This document shows positions 46,672 through 60,300 of a stretch of 64,000 nucleotides of DNA, piece after piece. The notes beneath the pieces were generated by a model. It was not told the DNA's origin, made no database searches, and saw only the letters and a program-made list of their open reading frames with translations. The position numbers were made by a program, and so were the translations under genes. Each line of letters begins with the position of its first letter. Position 1 is the stretch's first letter. Source of the DNA: Nageia nagi (Eukaryota > Plantae > Pinophyta); assembly GCA_050084985.1 (NCBI GenBank), contig JBITNC010000001.1:191332001-191396000 (forward strand), in the 5' to 3' direction.

Positions 46672-49357
46672 TTTTCAGAGTTCCTTGAGAAGCATGGAAT
46701 AATTCATCAATATTCAATTCCTCACGCTTCATAGCAAAAAGAAAGAATAGAGTACTGAAGGAGATGGCTAGTTGTATGATGCATTCTAGGGACTTACCTC
46801 CTATCTTTTGGCCTGATGTAATCAATTATGCTAACTACATCCAAAATCAAACTCCTCATTGGGCACTTGATCATATGAATCCTGAAGAGGCTTCGAGTGG
46901 AACCAAGCCAAATGTGTCATGCTTTAGGGTGTTTAGTGGTCATGCTTGGGCCTTCATTCTAAGGATTAAGCATAAGGCCTTAGAAAAGAAGAGCAAACCT
47001 CTCATCTTTTTTCGCTATAATGAGGATATGAAGGCGTATTGATTGATTGATCATGATACCCATGATCTTTTCTTCCACACTCATCTTCCTAATTCTCCCT
47101 CTTCATCTCCTTCCTCAGTCTTATTTGACTCTTACCACACATCTTTTGAGGTCTTTCATATAAAGGATATCTTGAGGTTGTTTCTCCTATAACAACTATT
47201 GATACTCCTACACCTGCAGTTGCTACTATTCCTATTGATATTGTATATTCTTCCATTACTGATAATCACATGCCCATATGGGCTCACTCTACACTTAAGG
47301 ATGCAACACCCTTCATCAAGGATCTCCCTCCTTCCTACTGCTATTCCATCAGTTCTATTCTTGTTGGTTAGGCACATCCAAGTGATCCATATATTATTTT
47401 AGAGGCTTATGGTATTCCAGAGTGGGATGATGCCATGGCGATTGAGTATTCTTTCTTGTTGAAGAATAATACTTGGGAGTTTATTTCTCTACCCCATGGG
47501 AGGAAGTTTATTTGGTGTAAATGGGTGTACCAAACCATGTATGCAGTTGATGGTTCTATTGACAAGTATAAGGCTCATCTTGTTGCCAAGGGCTTCTCAT
47601 AGGTTGAGGTGATTGACTACTCTAAGACCTTTGCTCCTATGGCCAATATGGATTCAATTCACCTTGTATTTACTCTTATTGTTTCTTAGGGATGGTTAGT
47701 TTTTTAGATGGATGTGAAGAGCACCTTTTTGCATGATGATTTGCATGAGCAGATCTACATGGAGAATTCTATCAATTTTTTCTAGGATTCCTCATTTGTT
47801 TGTAGGCTTAGAAAATCTCTTTATGGCCTCAATCAAGCTTCTCGAGCATGGTATGATAACGTGGACTATTTTCTCCTCTCCATTAATTTTGTACAATGTT
47901 TCTTTCACCCTATAATCTATATATGGATACATGGAGCAAATACTATTATTTTGGTGTTGTATATTGATGATCTTCTTCTCACAGACACCTCCCACTCTCA
48001 TATTTAGATAGTTTAGCAGGCTCTCTCTAAAAGATTTGAGATGGTAGATCTTAGAATTACCGATTACTTTTTTAGTTTTTAGATGACAAATAGATTCATG
48101 GATTTTCATATCTTAGTAGAAGTATGCCTTGGATCTTCTTTAGCAGTTTAGGATGGTAGATTGTAATCCTTCTTTGACACCTTTTCAGAGTGGGGTGACT
48201 TTGAATTCCACTTGCACTTTATCGCTATGTGATGCTACTGTATATCGCTAATTGGTTGGGAGTCTTATATATCTCACCCATACTCGACTAGATATTTCAT
48301 ATGTAGTTGGGCGTATTTCTCTATTTGCATAGACCCCTCATGAATCTCATTGGTAGGTAGCCAAGAGGATTCTTTGATATGTGAGGGGCACTACCCACTC
48401 TAGTCTACATTACACGAGAGGTGATCTGGTATTGAGTGGATATACAAATTCTGATTGGGTTAGTTCTTATGATGATCATCATTCCACTTCTAGTTATGTA
48501 TTTTATCTTGGTACTTCTCGCATAGCTTAGTTGTGCAAGAAGTAGTAGGCTATTTCATTATCATCAATTAAGGTAGAGTATAGAGCATTTATTTATTCAA
48601 GTTAGGAGGAACTTTAGCTTCAATAGTTGTTAGAGGAGTTTGGCTACCCCTAGTATCGAACCATAGTTCTTTGGTGTGACGATCTTAGTGCGATTCATAT
48701 TTTGTGCAATCTTGTTGAGAATCAATGTACCAAACACATTAAGGTCCACATGCACTTCATCCATCAACATATTCAAAATCACATTCTTATCTTAGAGTAC
48801 ATTCCTACAAAGCAACATATCACAAACATCTTCACTAAATCCTTACATCACTTCGCTTCCTTGAGTTGCATGGCTTGCTTAGGGTGAAGGAAGTTATCCT
48901 TGGGAGGTGTTGATGAGTACATCTTCCTCAGCATCCTCCTACCATGAGATGGCTTTTTCTCCATGTGTTTTCTCATCATCTTTTAGTAGATTCTTTGCAC
49001 ATATTGTACATGAGTACCTGATCAAACCTTGTTGTTAGGACTCATTTTTTATGGATGTGCCACTTTATCCCTTTGTTCACTTAAGGGTGGCTGTTAGAGT
49101 ATTAAGTTCACTTAGGAGTATTTTATTCATTTCCTAGGTTTTATTATTTCTAGCTAGTCTATTGTGGTGATAACCACTTTCTTGTCACTTTGTGCATTTT
49201 TACCTTCACACATGGTTAGGATGCTATTGTACAAGCTTGTATTTTCCCTATTTATTTGGGCTCCATTCTCATTTCAGCTAGATCAATTTCGAGCATTACA
49301 GTTTCTCTTCTTTATTTTATGATGTGCAATTTCCTTTTTTGGGCTTATTTTCTTGCA
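46669..49357 (+). mobile_element. Duplicated part of the old Copia (integrase C-terminus, RT, RH, 3' LTR at ~49092-49357)
   Basis: Same decayed motifs and shared stop codons as 32420-35124. Confidence 0.93.
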
Positions 49358-52300
49358 AATCTTCACATTCTTTCCCTCCCCTTCCTCACATCCTCATTCT
49401 CCTCCCATTCACCCCTTTAGGTTCTCCCCCCTCCCATTCACCACTTTACCAAAATATTTAACTTATGCTTCAATGTCTCATAGCAAGAATATTTAAATTT
49501 CTTACAAAATATTTAAGTATTTATCATAATCTTCAATTGTATTCATAAAAAATAAGTGATTCCTTGTAAAGACATAAATTAATTTTTTTATTTACTTACA
49601 TAATATTTTTGTAGTCTATTTTACAAATATATAAATACAAAACATATGCCAACTTCAGGAAAATGATACCTTATCTTGTTATTTTATTTTACAAGTTTAA
49701 ACAATTTAAAAATAAATAAATTATAAAAAATATTTCAAAAAATACCAAATCATCTCCTCCTTTCCCCTTCCACTTCTCCCCTTCTCTCCCTCCCCTTACC
49801 TCGTTCCCCTTTCTTCTCCTCTCCTCCCATTCATCTCTTTACCTTCTCCTTCCCCTTCTACCTCCCCACTTCTTCCTTCCTTCTATTCACTCTTTTATAA
49901 AAAATATTTATCTTATGCTTTAATATATCATAACAAGGATATTTAAATTTCTTCCAAAATATCAAGCATTTATTACTAATTATATATAATAACACAAAAA
50001 GTTCTAAAATTATTCTTCAATTGTATTCATAAAAAATTAAATGATTCATTGCAAAGATGTAACCTAATTTTTTTATTTATTTGTATAAAATTTTTGTAGT
50101 TCATTTTACAAATACATAAATACAAAATATATGTCAACTTCAAGAAAATTGTATCTTATCTTATTATTTCAATACATATTATTAATTTATAATTAATAAA
50201 AGTAAGTAACAAAAAATATTTAACTTATGCTTCGATGTATGATAATAAGAATATTTAACTTTGATATACAAAATATTTTTATCACTAATATATATACAAA
50301 CAAAAAAGATTCAAAAATAATCTTCAATTGTATTCATAAAATATTAAATGATTCCTTATAAGGATGTAAATTAATTTTTTATTTATTTACATAATATTTT
50401 TGTAGTCCATTATACAAATATATAAATACAAAATATATGCCAACTTCAAAAAAAATGTATTTTACATATCATTTTATTTTATAAGTTTAAACAATTTAAA
50501 AATAAATAAACAATAGAAATTTTTTCAATAATTATTATCCTCTTTTCTCTTTCCATTTCTTCCCTTCTCTCCCTCCCATTCCCCTCTCTCCTCCCCCATT
50601 CACCCTTTTACCTTCTCCCCCCTCCTCACTTCTTCCTTCTTCCCTCCTCAATTCATCCTTTTACTCAAATATTTAACTTATGCTTCAATGTATTATAACA
50701 AGAATATTTAAAATTCTTACAAAATATTAAGTATTTAATATATATAACAAACATAAAAAATTCAAAATTTAATCTTCAATTGTATTCATAAAAAATTAAA
50801 TGATTAATTGCAAAGATGTAAATTATTTTTTTATTAATTTATATAATATTTTTGTAATCTATTTTACAAATATATACATACAAAATACATGCTAACTTTA
50901 AGAAAATGGTACCTTATCTTATTGTTATTTTATTTTATAAATTTAAATAATTTTAAAATAAATAAACAATAGAAATTATTTCAATAAATACCAAAGCACC
51001 CATCCCCTCCTTCCTTCCCCATTCAACTTCTCACCTGCTCTCCCTCCCTTTCACTCATTCCCCCTTCTCCTCCCCTACTCACTTTCGCCTCTCTACCTTC
51101 TTTCCCATCCCCACTTCTCCCTCCTCCCATTCACTCAATTACCAAAAATATTTAACTTATTCTTTAATGTATCATAACAAGAATATTTAATTTTTTTTGT
51201 GAAATATCAAGTATTTATCACTATATATATAAAATAAATACAAAAGGTTCAAAAATTAATCTTCAATTGTATTCATAAAAGAATAAGTGATTCATTGCAA
51301 AGATGTAAACTATTTATTTATTAATTTGCATAATATTTTTGTTATCAATTTTACAAATATAAAAATACAAAATATATGTCAACTTCAAAAAAATGGTACT
51401 TTATCTTATTGTATCAATATTCAACTATTAATTTGTAATTAAGAAAATTAAGTAATAAAAAATATTTAACTTATATTTTAATGTATGATAACAAGAATAT
51501 TTAACTTTGATGTACAAAATATTTTTATCACTAATATATATACAAACACAAAAGGTTCAAAAATGAATTTTCATAAAAACATTTAGTGATTCATCGTAAA
51601 GATGTAAATTATTTTTTTTTTATTTACATAATATTTTTATTATATTATACAAATATATAAATACAAAATATATGCTAGAAAATATTTAATTTTTTAATTT
51701 AACTTATCATTTTATTTTATAAGTTCAAATAATTTAAAAATAAATAAACAATTGAAATTGTTTCAAAGTTATTTCAATAAATAGTAAAGTACCCATCTGC
51801 TCCTCCCTTCCCCTTCCACTTCTCTCCTTTTCTCTTTCCCATTCCCCCTTCTCCTCACCTCCACACATTTACGTTCTCCCTCATCCCCACTTTTCCTCTC
51901 CTTCTATTTGCCCCTTTATAAAAATCGTTTAACTTATGCTTCAATGTATCATAACAAGAATATTTAAATTGCTTAAAAAAGTATCAAGTATTTATCACTA
52001 ATTTAAATGATTCATTGGAAAGATGCAAACTATTTTTTTATTTATTTGCATAATACTTTTGTAATCCATTTTACAAATATATAAATACAAAATATATGCC
52101 TTCAAAAAAATGGTACCTTATCTTATTATTATTTTATTTTACGAGTTTAAGCAATTTTAAAATAAAATATACAATAGAAATTAATATTTTGTTATATATA
52201 ATGTACAAACACATTCAATCTTATCAATTTAAATAGTTTTCTCAAATTAATTATAGAAAAAAATATTAATTTAATTAAATTATTAACAATTAATTATTTT

Positions 52301-53780
52301 TTTCATTTCAATACATACAATTTATGTGATTATTATGATTTGTGTTAAAAATTGTATCAATATGTAATTATTAATTTATAATTAAAAAAATATAACCAAA
52401 ATTATTTAACAAAAATTTAACTTTCTTACAAAACATCAAGTATTTATCAATAATATATATAACAAACACAAAAGGTTCAAAAATTAATCTTCAATTGTAT
52501 TCATAAAAAATTAATTATCTCATTGCAAAGATATAAATTAATTTTTTATTTATTTGCATAACATTTTTGTAGTCTATTTTATAAATACAAAATATATATC
52601 ACCTTTAAAAAAATGGTATCTTATCTTGTTGTATCAATATACACCTATTAATTTAAGAAAAATAAGTAACCAAAATATTTAAATTATCCTTCAATGTATG
52701 ATAACAAGCATACTTAAGTTTGATGTACAATATATTTTTTATCACTAATATGTATACAAACATAAAAAGTTCAAATATTTTATTTATTTACATAATATTT
52801 TTTAGTCCATTACACAAATTTATTAAATACAAAATATATGCCAACTTCAAGAAAATTGTTCTTTAACTTGTCATTTTATTTTACAAGTTTAAATAATTTA
52901 AAAATAAATAAACAATAAAAATTGTTTCAAAATTATTTCAATAAATACCACAGTACCCATCACCTCCTCCCTTCCACTTCCACTTCTCCCCTCCTTTCCC
53001 TCCTATTCCCCCTTCTCCTTCCATTCATTGCTTTAGCTTCTCCCATGTCCCCACTTCTCCCATTCGCCCTTTTACCCAAAATGTTTAATTTATGCTTCAA
53101 TGTATCATAACAAGAATATTTAAATTTCTTACAAAATATCAAGTATTTATCACTATAATATATAACATAAAAGTTTCAAAAATTAATTTTCAATTGTATT
53201 CATAAAAATTAATTGATTCATTACAAAGATGTAAACTAATTTTTTATCTATTTGCATAATATATTTGTAGTCCATTTTACAAATATATAAATACAATATA
53301 TATATGCCAACTTAAAAAAAATTGATACTTATCTTGTTAAAAATAAAATACACAATAGAAATTGTTATTGTATTATAAATACCAAACTTCATCATATTCA
53401 AAAAACAATGTACAAACCACACACAACCTATCATTTTAAATAGTCTTCTCAAATTAATTATAGAAAAAATATTACTTTAAATTATATTAGTAATAAATTT
53501 TTTTTTTTTTTGTTTCATCAATACATGCAATTTATGTGATTATTATGATTTGTGTCAAAAATTGTATCAATATGCAATTATTAATTTAAAATTAAAAATA
53601 TTAAATAACAAAAAACATTTAACTTATGCTACAATATATTATAACACAACATTTAACTTTTTTACAAAATATCAAATATTTATGTTTCAATATCAAACAT
53701 ATAACAAACACAAAAGGTTTAAAATTAATTTTCAATTAATTTTTTATTTATGACAATTATTTTGTAGTCCATTCACATGA
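49358..53780. repeat. Second copy of the AT-rich/polypyrimidine array
   Basis: Colinear with 35125-39500. Confidence 0.9.
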
Positions 53781-54671
53781 TCCATTTAATAGGATTTATT
53801 TATTGTAAATGCAAGTCTTTTGAATTTAATCCACATCTTTTATACATCCATCCAATAATAAATAATAATAATCATTAATTTAGATTAAAAATATTAGTTA
53901 TTTTTTATTATAAATAATACAAATTCACATCACAATAAAAAACAAAATTTAAAATGATTTTTAATTTAAACTTAATAAATTAAATATGTAAATAAAAATA
54001 AAATCAAAATAGCAGCCAAAAGTGGAAGACACAACCCTAAAGGAGGTTATGGCCATCCTCCTTTAAGGTTTTATGAGGGGTTTACCACCCCTCCGAAATA
54101 ATTTTTTTTATTAATAAATATTGTTTAAGAGTACATTAAAAAAGAATTTAAGTATTACAAAATCAACATATTATTTTGTGTTACCATGATATTGGTTGAC
54201 AATCTAAAAAAAATAAAAAATTGAAATTATATAAAAATAAATTTCTATCTAAATCTATTTATATATATATATATATATATATCCAATAGTTAAAACTTCA
54301 TTACCTGCAAAATGATGATCAACAAAATATTTCATTAGCATTGTAGGAAAATAAAAAATATTTTTTCTTGTATATAAAGAATTACTCATTTCTATTTAAT
54401 TATGGTAAAAAGGATTCTTTATTGCTTGTCAAACTTTAGATAGCCTAATATTCCGATATACAAAATAAACACAATGTCTATTGAACAAAATAATTGTTGG
54501 AGCTCAAGAAAATATTATAAAACTCTTAGTTGAATATATAAATAGATTAAGTGCAAGTTTACTGTAACTAAAATTTATCTGACAAAGGAGATTGTGGTTG
54601 ATGAAAAGAGAATTTGAGGATACAATACTGTTGATAGACTGAATACTTCCAAGCTAACGCAACAAATAATA

Positions 54672-55182
54672 TTCATGTCGATACCTAAGTGCTTGACATG
54701 CCAGAGGTTATCCTTTCCCATATTTTAAAATGCATTAAATTTCAAAAAAGATCGGTTGAAAATCTTGGTTAATATGTAATAGTTTCTGATGTTCGTTGCT
54801 TAATCTAAGGTGTAAATGTACAAATGTCTTCAATATTTGAGTTATCAAGCAGTAGTTAATGTTTTCATGAATCCTACCTTCTTCTGGACTGAGACATTGT
54901 TGTGCTTTGAATAATGGTGATGTTGCCTCTCGGAAGACAATTCTTCTATCGGCTCTGGCTAACATTCTCAACAAAGATCTCAAGGTAATTTTCTATGAAT
55001 AAAAATCAATTATATGTGAAGTAGATTGGGTTTTTACGAATAATAATAACATGGTTGTAGTCATAGCTATGAGAGTAATGTGTCCCTTGCGATGGGATCA
55101 CATTCAAAGGATTTTTACATGGGATTGTGTTTTGTCGATAATGAAAAATGTTGTGAATGTTTGAGTTCTGAATTTGGAGCAG
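54672..55182 (+). pseudogene. PDR/ABCG fragment, second inverted copy
   Basis: ASRKTILLSALANILNKDLK|gtaatt; paralog of 40441-40951. Confidence 0.8.
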
Positions 55183-55250
55183 TGAATTCGTTACATAAGT
55201 TTTATCATTATAAACCAAGTAAATCTATAAGATATTCATATAATAAAAAC

Positions 55251-55848
55251 CGTAGGGATTGGACTCTAATTGGTGCCATTGACATTGATACCAAAAATGA
55301 AGAACAAAAGAACAAACAAAGCAGCAACAGTAGTCAAGCGAGATCAATTCACCTTGCCCAGCAGATACATTTAACTAGAAGATTGTTCTAAGTAATAATA
55401 GCTCCACTCAGACCTACAAACCCCTTCAACAGACCTATTACCAGACCCTACCCCTAGGAAAATTCTTGACATATGTCACGATTACAACAGTGTTAATAAA
55501 GGTCATGGAGCTTCCTCCCACAAGTTGGTACAAATACATTTGCCACTCTGCTGGCCTGGCTAATCTACCAATCACAAACAGCCATATCATCAGATATCCA
55601 CATAAATTCAAGGTTGAACCCACACTCAGAACCACACAAGGACCTGAAAACTCGTTGATGAGCCCAACAATTATACCTACATTTAGTCCTAAATCCTTGA
55701 AAAGGCCAACATGTCAATAATTTTTTGATCATACTATAGTGTTGCTTTGATGTGTTGTAGGCCAAAAGGACAACATGAAGAAGGAGGTGTTTGCCATCAT
55801 CTATCGGCTTCTAAAGCCCCGAATGACACCGCTGAATTCAGACTCCAT
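55251..55848 (-). pseudogene. Nodulin-like / NFD4-family MFS pseudogene, copy 2
   Basis: ORF 55438..55635; same lesions as copy 1. Confidence 0.92.
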
Positions 55849-55989
55849 CTACACACAGAGCTCACAGACCAAGTTTTGTAAAACCAAACTAGAGATCTAA
55901 TCAATGAACTCTATGAAAGTCCATCAAAGAGGACATGAAAATCAGATTTTTGATTTGCATGTTATAGCTGAAATTGAGAAGATAAAATC

Positions 55990-56320
55990 AAATAGTGACC
56001 TCCATAAGCCACCAATACTATCGAATGAATGTCATGAATGATATTTTCCAAACTTTTCTTGCATACGCAAGCAAACACGTGCATATTTGAAGATACAACT
56101 TTTTAAAAGTGATAAGCAATAGATTTTTGGTATTTCCATCCTCTTACAACCTTAGCAAACATACTTCTAGCTTGTGCAGCCATGAGAGCTACAGAAGGCC
56201 TGGAGATTGTTTCATAAGATGCTTGATAAAGGAACGTTTTCATCAACTGCAATGATCACAACATGTTCACTAAATGATTTCTTTCTAAAGGCTCTAGGAA
56301 CATTTCAGCCAAAGATCCTC
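55990..56320 (+). pseudogene. PLS-class PPR fragment, copy 2
   Basis: Paralog of 41760-42090. Confidence 0.7.
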
Positions 56321-57374
56321 ACAGTCAGTAGCTTCATTGGTGCTTAGTTTCCTGGTAACTCCATTGATGTCATTTTGGAAAGAGACATCGATGGAAGCTT
56401 GTGGGAGGCAACATGGATGGTTGGGTGATTTGGAATGTCACAGACGGTCGTATGGCCATATGGGGGATGTAATATTGTAGTAAGAAGGTAGAAGAGACTG
56501 TTCCCATAGGGAGGAGGGTGTACCGGAAGGTCCAGAGTGAGACATGAAGAGTGTGATGGAGATGTTCATTTGAATTTATTTCATATGCGGTAAATATCAT
56601 CTGAACTGACCTGATAAATCTGCTTGTTTGATAACAAATGATCCAGTAACGTTCTAATTGGCTATCTTTTTCAGATCTAAGTCAAAGCATAATCTCAGAT
56701 CAACCATCCTGATAAGACAATGGATTACGAATCATCCAGCCATCCAAACTTAAAATGTATAAAGGACAGTGAATTTAATGATAGTACCGAAGAGCTCTTT
56801 TTTCTTTTTCATTTTGTTTCCTGATAGGGCTTTGATGTAAGTCATCAGCATGGCTTTTTGGATCCTTGGAATTATTTTGTATTGTTTTGTAATTTTAGCC
56901 CCTTGACAGAATATTATATGTATTTAGACCTGATTGTTGGATTTAAATATAGGAGGTTCATTTTCTTGATAACTTTCTTTCTTTCTCTTTAATTGGTCAG
57001 GGGTGTTTACAGGGTTCCAGTTCCTTTACATCCATAATCTTCAGGATTATTGTCTTCTCCAATCTTCAACCTTATCATGCTTGATATTTTTGGCCTTATT
57101 TCCATCTGTCCTGATTTATGTCCTCAACAAATGTCTACATCACAACTAAGCCTTGCTATTATCACTTGTAATGTTATTCGTATACTTTCCTTTATGGGCA
57201 GTAGGTGGTGCTGCAGTTTCAATCTTTGTGTGGGCAATATCAATTATTTATCTCATCCAGAAGTGCTGTTTTTGGCTGTTTGTTGGTAATTTTTGATTTA
57301 CTGTAAATATCGAGTTTTATATATTATAAGCATATTAATAAATTCCAGGTGGTTGGCATGGTCTTAAAAAAAAT

Positions 57375-60300
57375 CGAGTTGTGCAATACATATGTTTGTG
57401 AGTTATTAAACATCATTGACGCCAAGCAAGAGATCACTTTTTCCCATTTCTCTATTAGTTAAGCTTTTCATATGCCACTGATGTCTCTCACTAATGTGTT
57501 AGTCCTTTCTTTTGATTATCTTATTTAGATGAAGTATGGTTGCCTTCAGTCTCTATCCTTTTATCTTACCATTTATTTTTTATAAAGTAAGTTAAATTTA
57601 GCTAGCTCTTATATATTTTACTATCTTCATTTGGACAGAGGCTTTGGGATACACCACTTTTACTCCGCAGATTGTTAAGAGAGCTGATGGATCCCCAAAG
57701 AGCTCTTCCTCTTGTGTGTAGGGCCCGCATTGTAATTTTGTAAGTGATTTCTTGTCAGACATGATTGTTATGTTTAGTTCCAAATGGCAACTCCAGCATG
57801 ATATGGACAGATTATAGAAGCTGACTATGTTGTTCTTCCATAAGCTATACACTGTTTCTAGTATCATGAATTTCAACTTAGATTTTGATCTTGGCATGTT
57901 TGTAATATGTTTATAAGTTGGGGCAGAAACTTTTTAGCAATCTTCTTGCATTTGAAAAACTCAAGTTCTCAAGTAAATAAACATTCATATGCTACCTAAG
58001 AGAACCCTGTCTCGTGGGGGTATTATGACTATGTTGGAAATTGAAGAATTCAAAGGGTAAACCAGCAATATGTTTCAAGAAGCACATCACAAATTTCCTG
58101 GCATATGAGAAGCAAAATTTATCAAGCACAACAACAAAACATTGCATGATTTAAGCCAAGGGGTAGAGTGACCATTTACAATTGGATAGCTCTTAACCCA
58201 CTAAATACAGGGAGGCTGGAATGTGGAAGGTTGTGAATCAAATAATAATATTAAGTCATGGTATATTAGTTGTAATAATATGGCTTTGTAGACATTATAT
58301 GTTGAATTATGGTACTACTACGTAATCCTTAAAAGGTTGCCTAGATAGCTAACATTAATTATATTATTATATAGTTAATTATTAATTAATTGATAATAAT
58401 AACACAATTAATTGTAAACAGCGAGCATATATAGTATTTTGGTATTAGGATTTACTTCATTATTTATGTGAGTTATTCATCCAACTTTAGAATCAATTAT
58501 ATAACCAAATGTTTGAGTTATGACCCACAAGGTGTTCGAAATATCCTTTTTTTTTCAAGTACTTATTTTGCGTTTAATGATGATGTTTCAAGTGGTGTTT
58601 GGTTTTCGTTACCTTCATTTTGTCAACATGGTATTGAAGCTACTTTCTCAAGAATTCCTATTCACATTTTACGAAGAATATGGTATCCAAGCTACTTTTT
58701 GAAGGCTTTCCATTCACCTTTTTGAAAGAATAGAAGCTTGTAGTTGCGACAACTAGTTTTGCCCAGCTTGAACAGAGGAACTCACGACTTCTTCCAAAAC
58801 TGAAATAGATGCCTTGAAACTCATTTCGCAACATTTCATCCAACCAAGCATATAATTCATGCTTGTACTATTTTTCAAACACCATTCTTGATTATTTTTG
58901 GCAGTTTTAAAGATTTTGTAGCAACATGCAATTAGAAAATCTATATCTCCGCACTTCCAAGGTACATGTTTTGATTGGGTTGGGAGGAGTGATAGTGGTC
59001 CTATTTTACTGAAGGGTACCACAAAACCTATTAAACCCATGAGGGGTCAACAAACCTCACGACCCTAACAAAACCCCCAAGGGTTGACATAATCTATTAG
59101 CTTCCATGGTAGGGTGCTAGGTCTTGGACTTTTCAAACCCATGGGAGAAGTGGTAGGTCCATACCCCCTCATGGACTTCGAAGCACTATTGGTGAAAATT
59201 GAATCTTTTGAGTGCTTTGACCTACCAAATCACATCCCAACATACTCTCCAGATGAAGATTTGATGGGTAGGCTACATGATGGAACCCATCATATGTACC
59301 CTATGAGCTAATGGAGTCAAACTAGTTTTTGAAAAAATTTCGAATACAATTTCTTTTGACCATTGAAAATTGGTTTGACCCCCCTACAAACCTTAATTTA
59401 GTACACAAATTGTCGAGGCCTATTGCAAATTAGGAGTCCAATTTTCATCCTAGAAGAAATGTTGATATTTAAAGGTCTTGTGAAGGAATTCTAGCCGATT
59501 TTGTTCCAAAATATGTGCAAAACAAGCTCTTTATTTTGAAGTTTTGTCATTAATTTTTTAATCCATTTTTATGATTTTTTAGAAGTTATTTTGCACTTCT
59601 CTTTATAGTTATGCCCAATGCCACCAATCATACCCAATGGCAATATGAGATGAATAGTTAGATTTGATTAGTAGATCACTTGCTTCTTTTCGAAGTTGAA
59701 TGTTGAAACTGGTCCATGATTTATAGATCTCATAAATACTTATTATTTTTCTTATATTGTTTGAGGGTTTTATTTATTACAAAAATTATTTATATTTTTA
59801 GTTTACCATTTTTAAAATTGCATTAAGCACTTCCATTGCCTTATATATATCTTATCTTACAATCCTATTGTCCTTTCTCAATCAGCAATGGACATAAATA
59901 TATTTTATGTAGAAATGAGATTTTATAGTTGGAGAGACCTTATAACTTTATAAGTCAGAGTTGTCTAGAAGAAAATTGGCAAGTCTTTCAACTAGATTTG
60001 GAGAGAATATTCAACAATGAGATATTGGAAGTAGAACTATGGATCATGTGATTACACAGTGTTGGATTTGAATAATGAAGTTATTTATTTTAAAACTTTT
60101 AGTTGTCGTTGAACATTGGTAATTGAGAAGTAGTTTCAGACCTGATATTTTGTTGATCTTTGACTGTTTGTGAGCTTTAGAGCTCTTAGTGTAGATGCTG
60201 TCAAAGATTTTACTATATCATACAAGTTAACTATGGTTGTACTCCATTTATTTTTTGATCAATAATAAAATCAAAGTTCTTTAAAGTGGATGTTTCCCTA

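Larger units (their letters stand above)
46669..57374. repeat. Segment X, copy 2
   Basis: Colinear with 32420-43149. Confidence 0.97.
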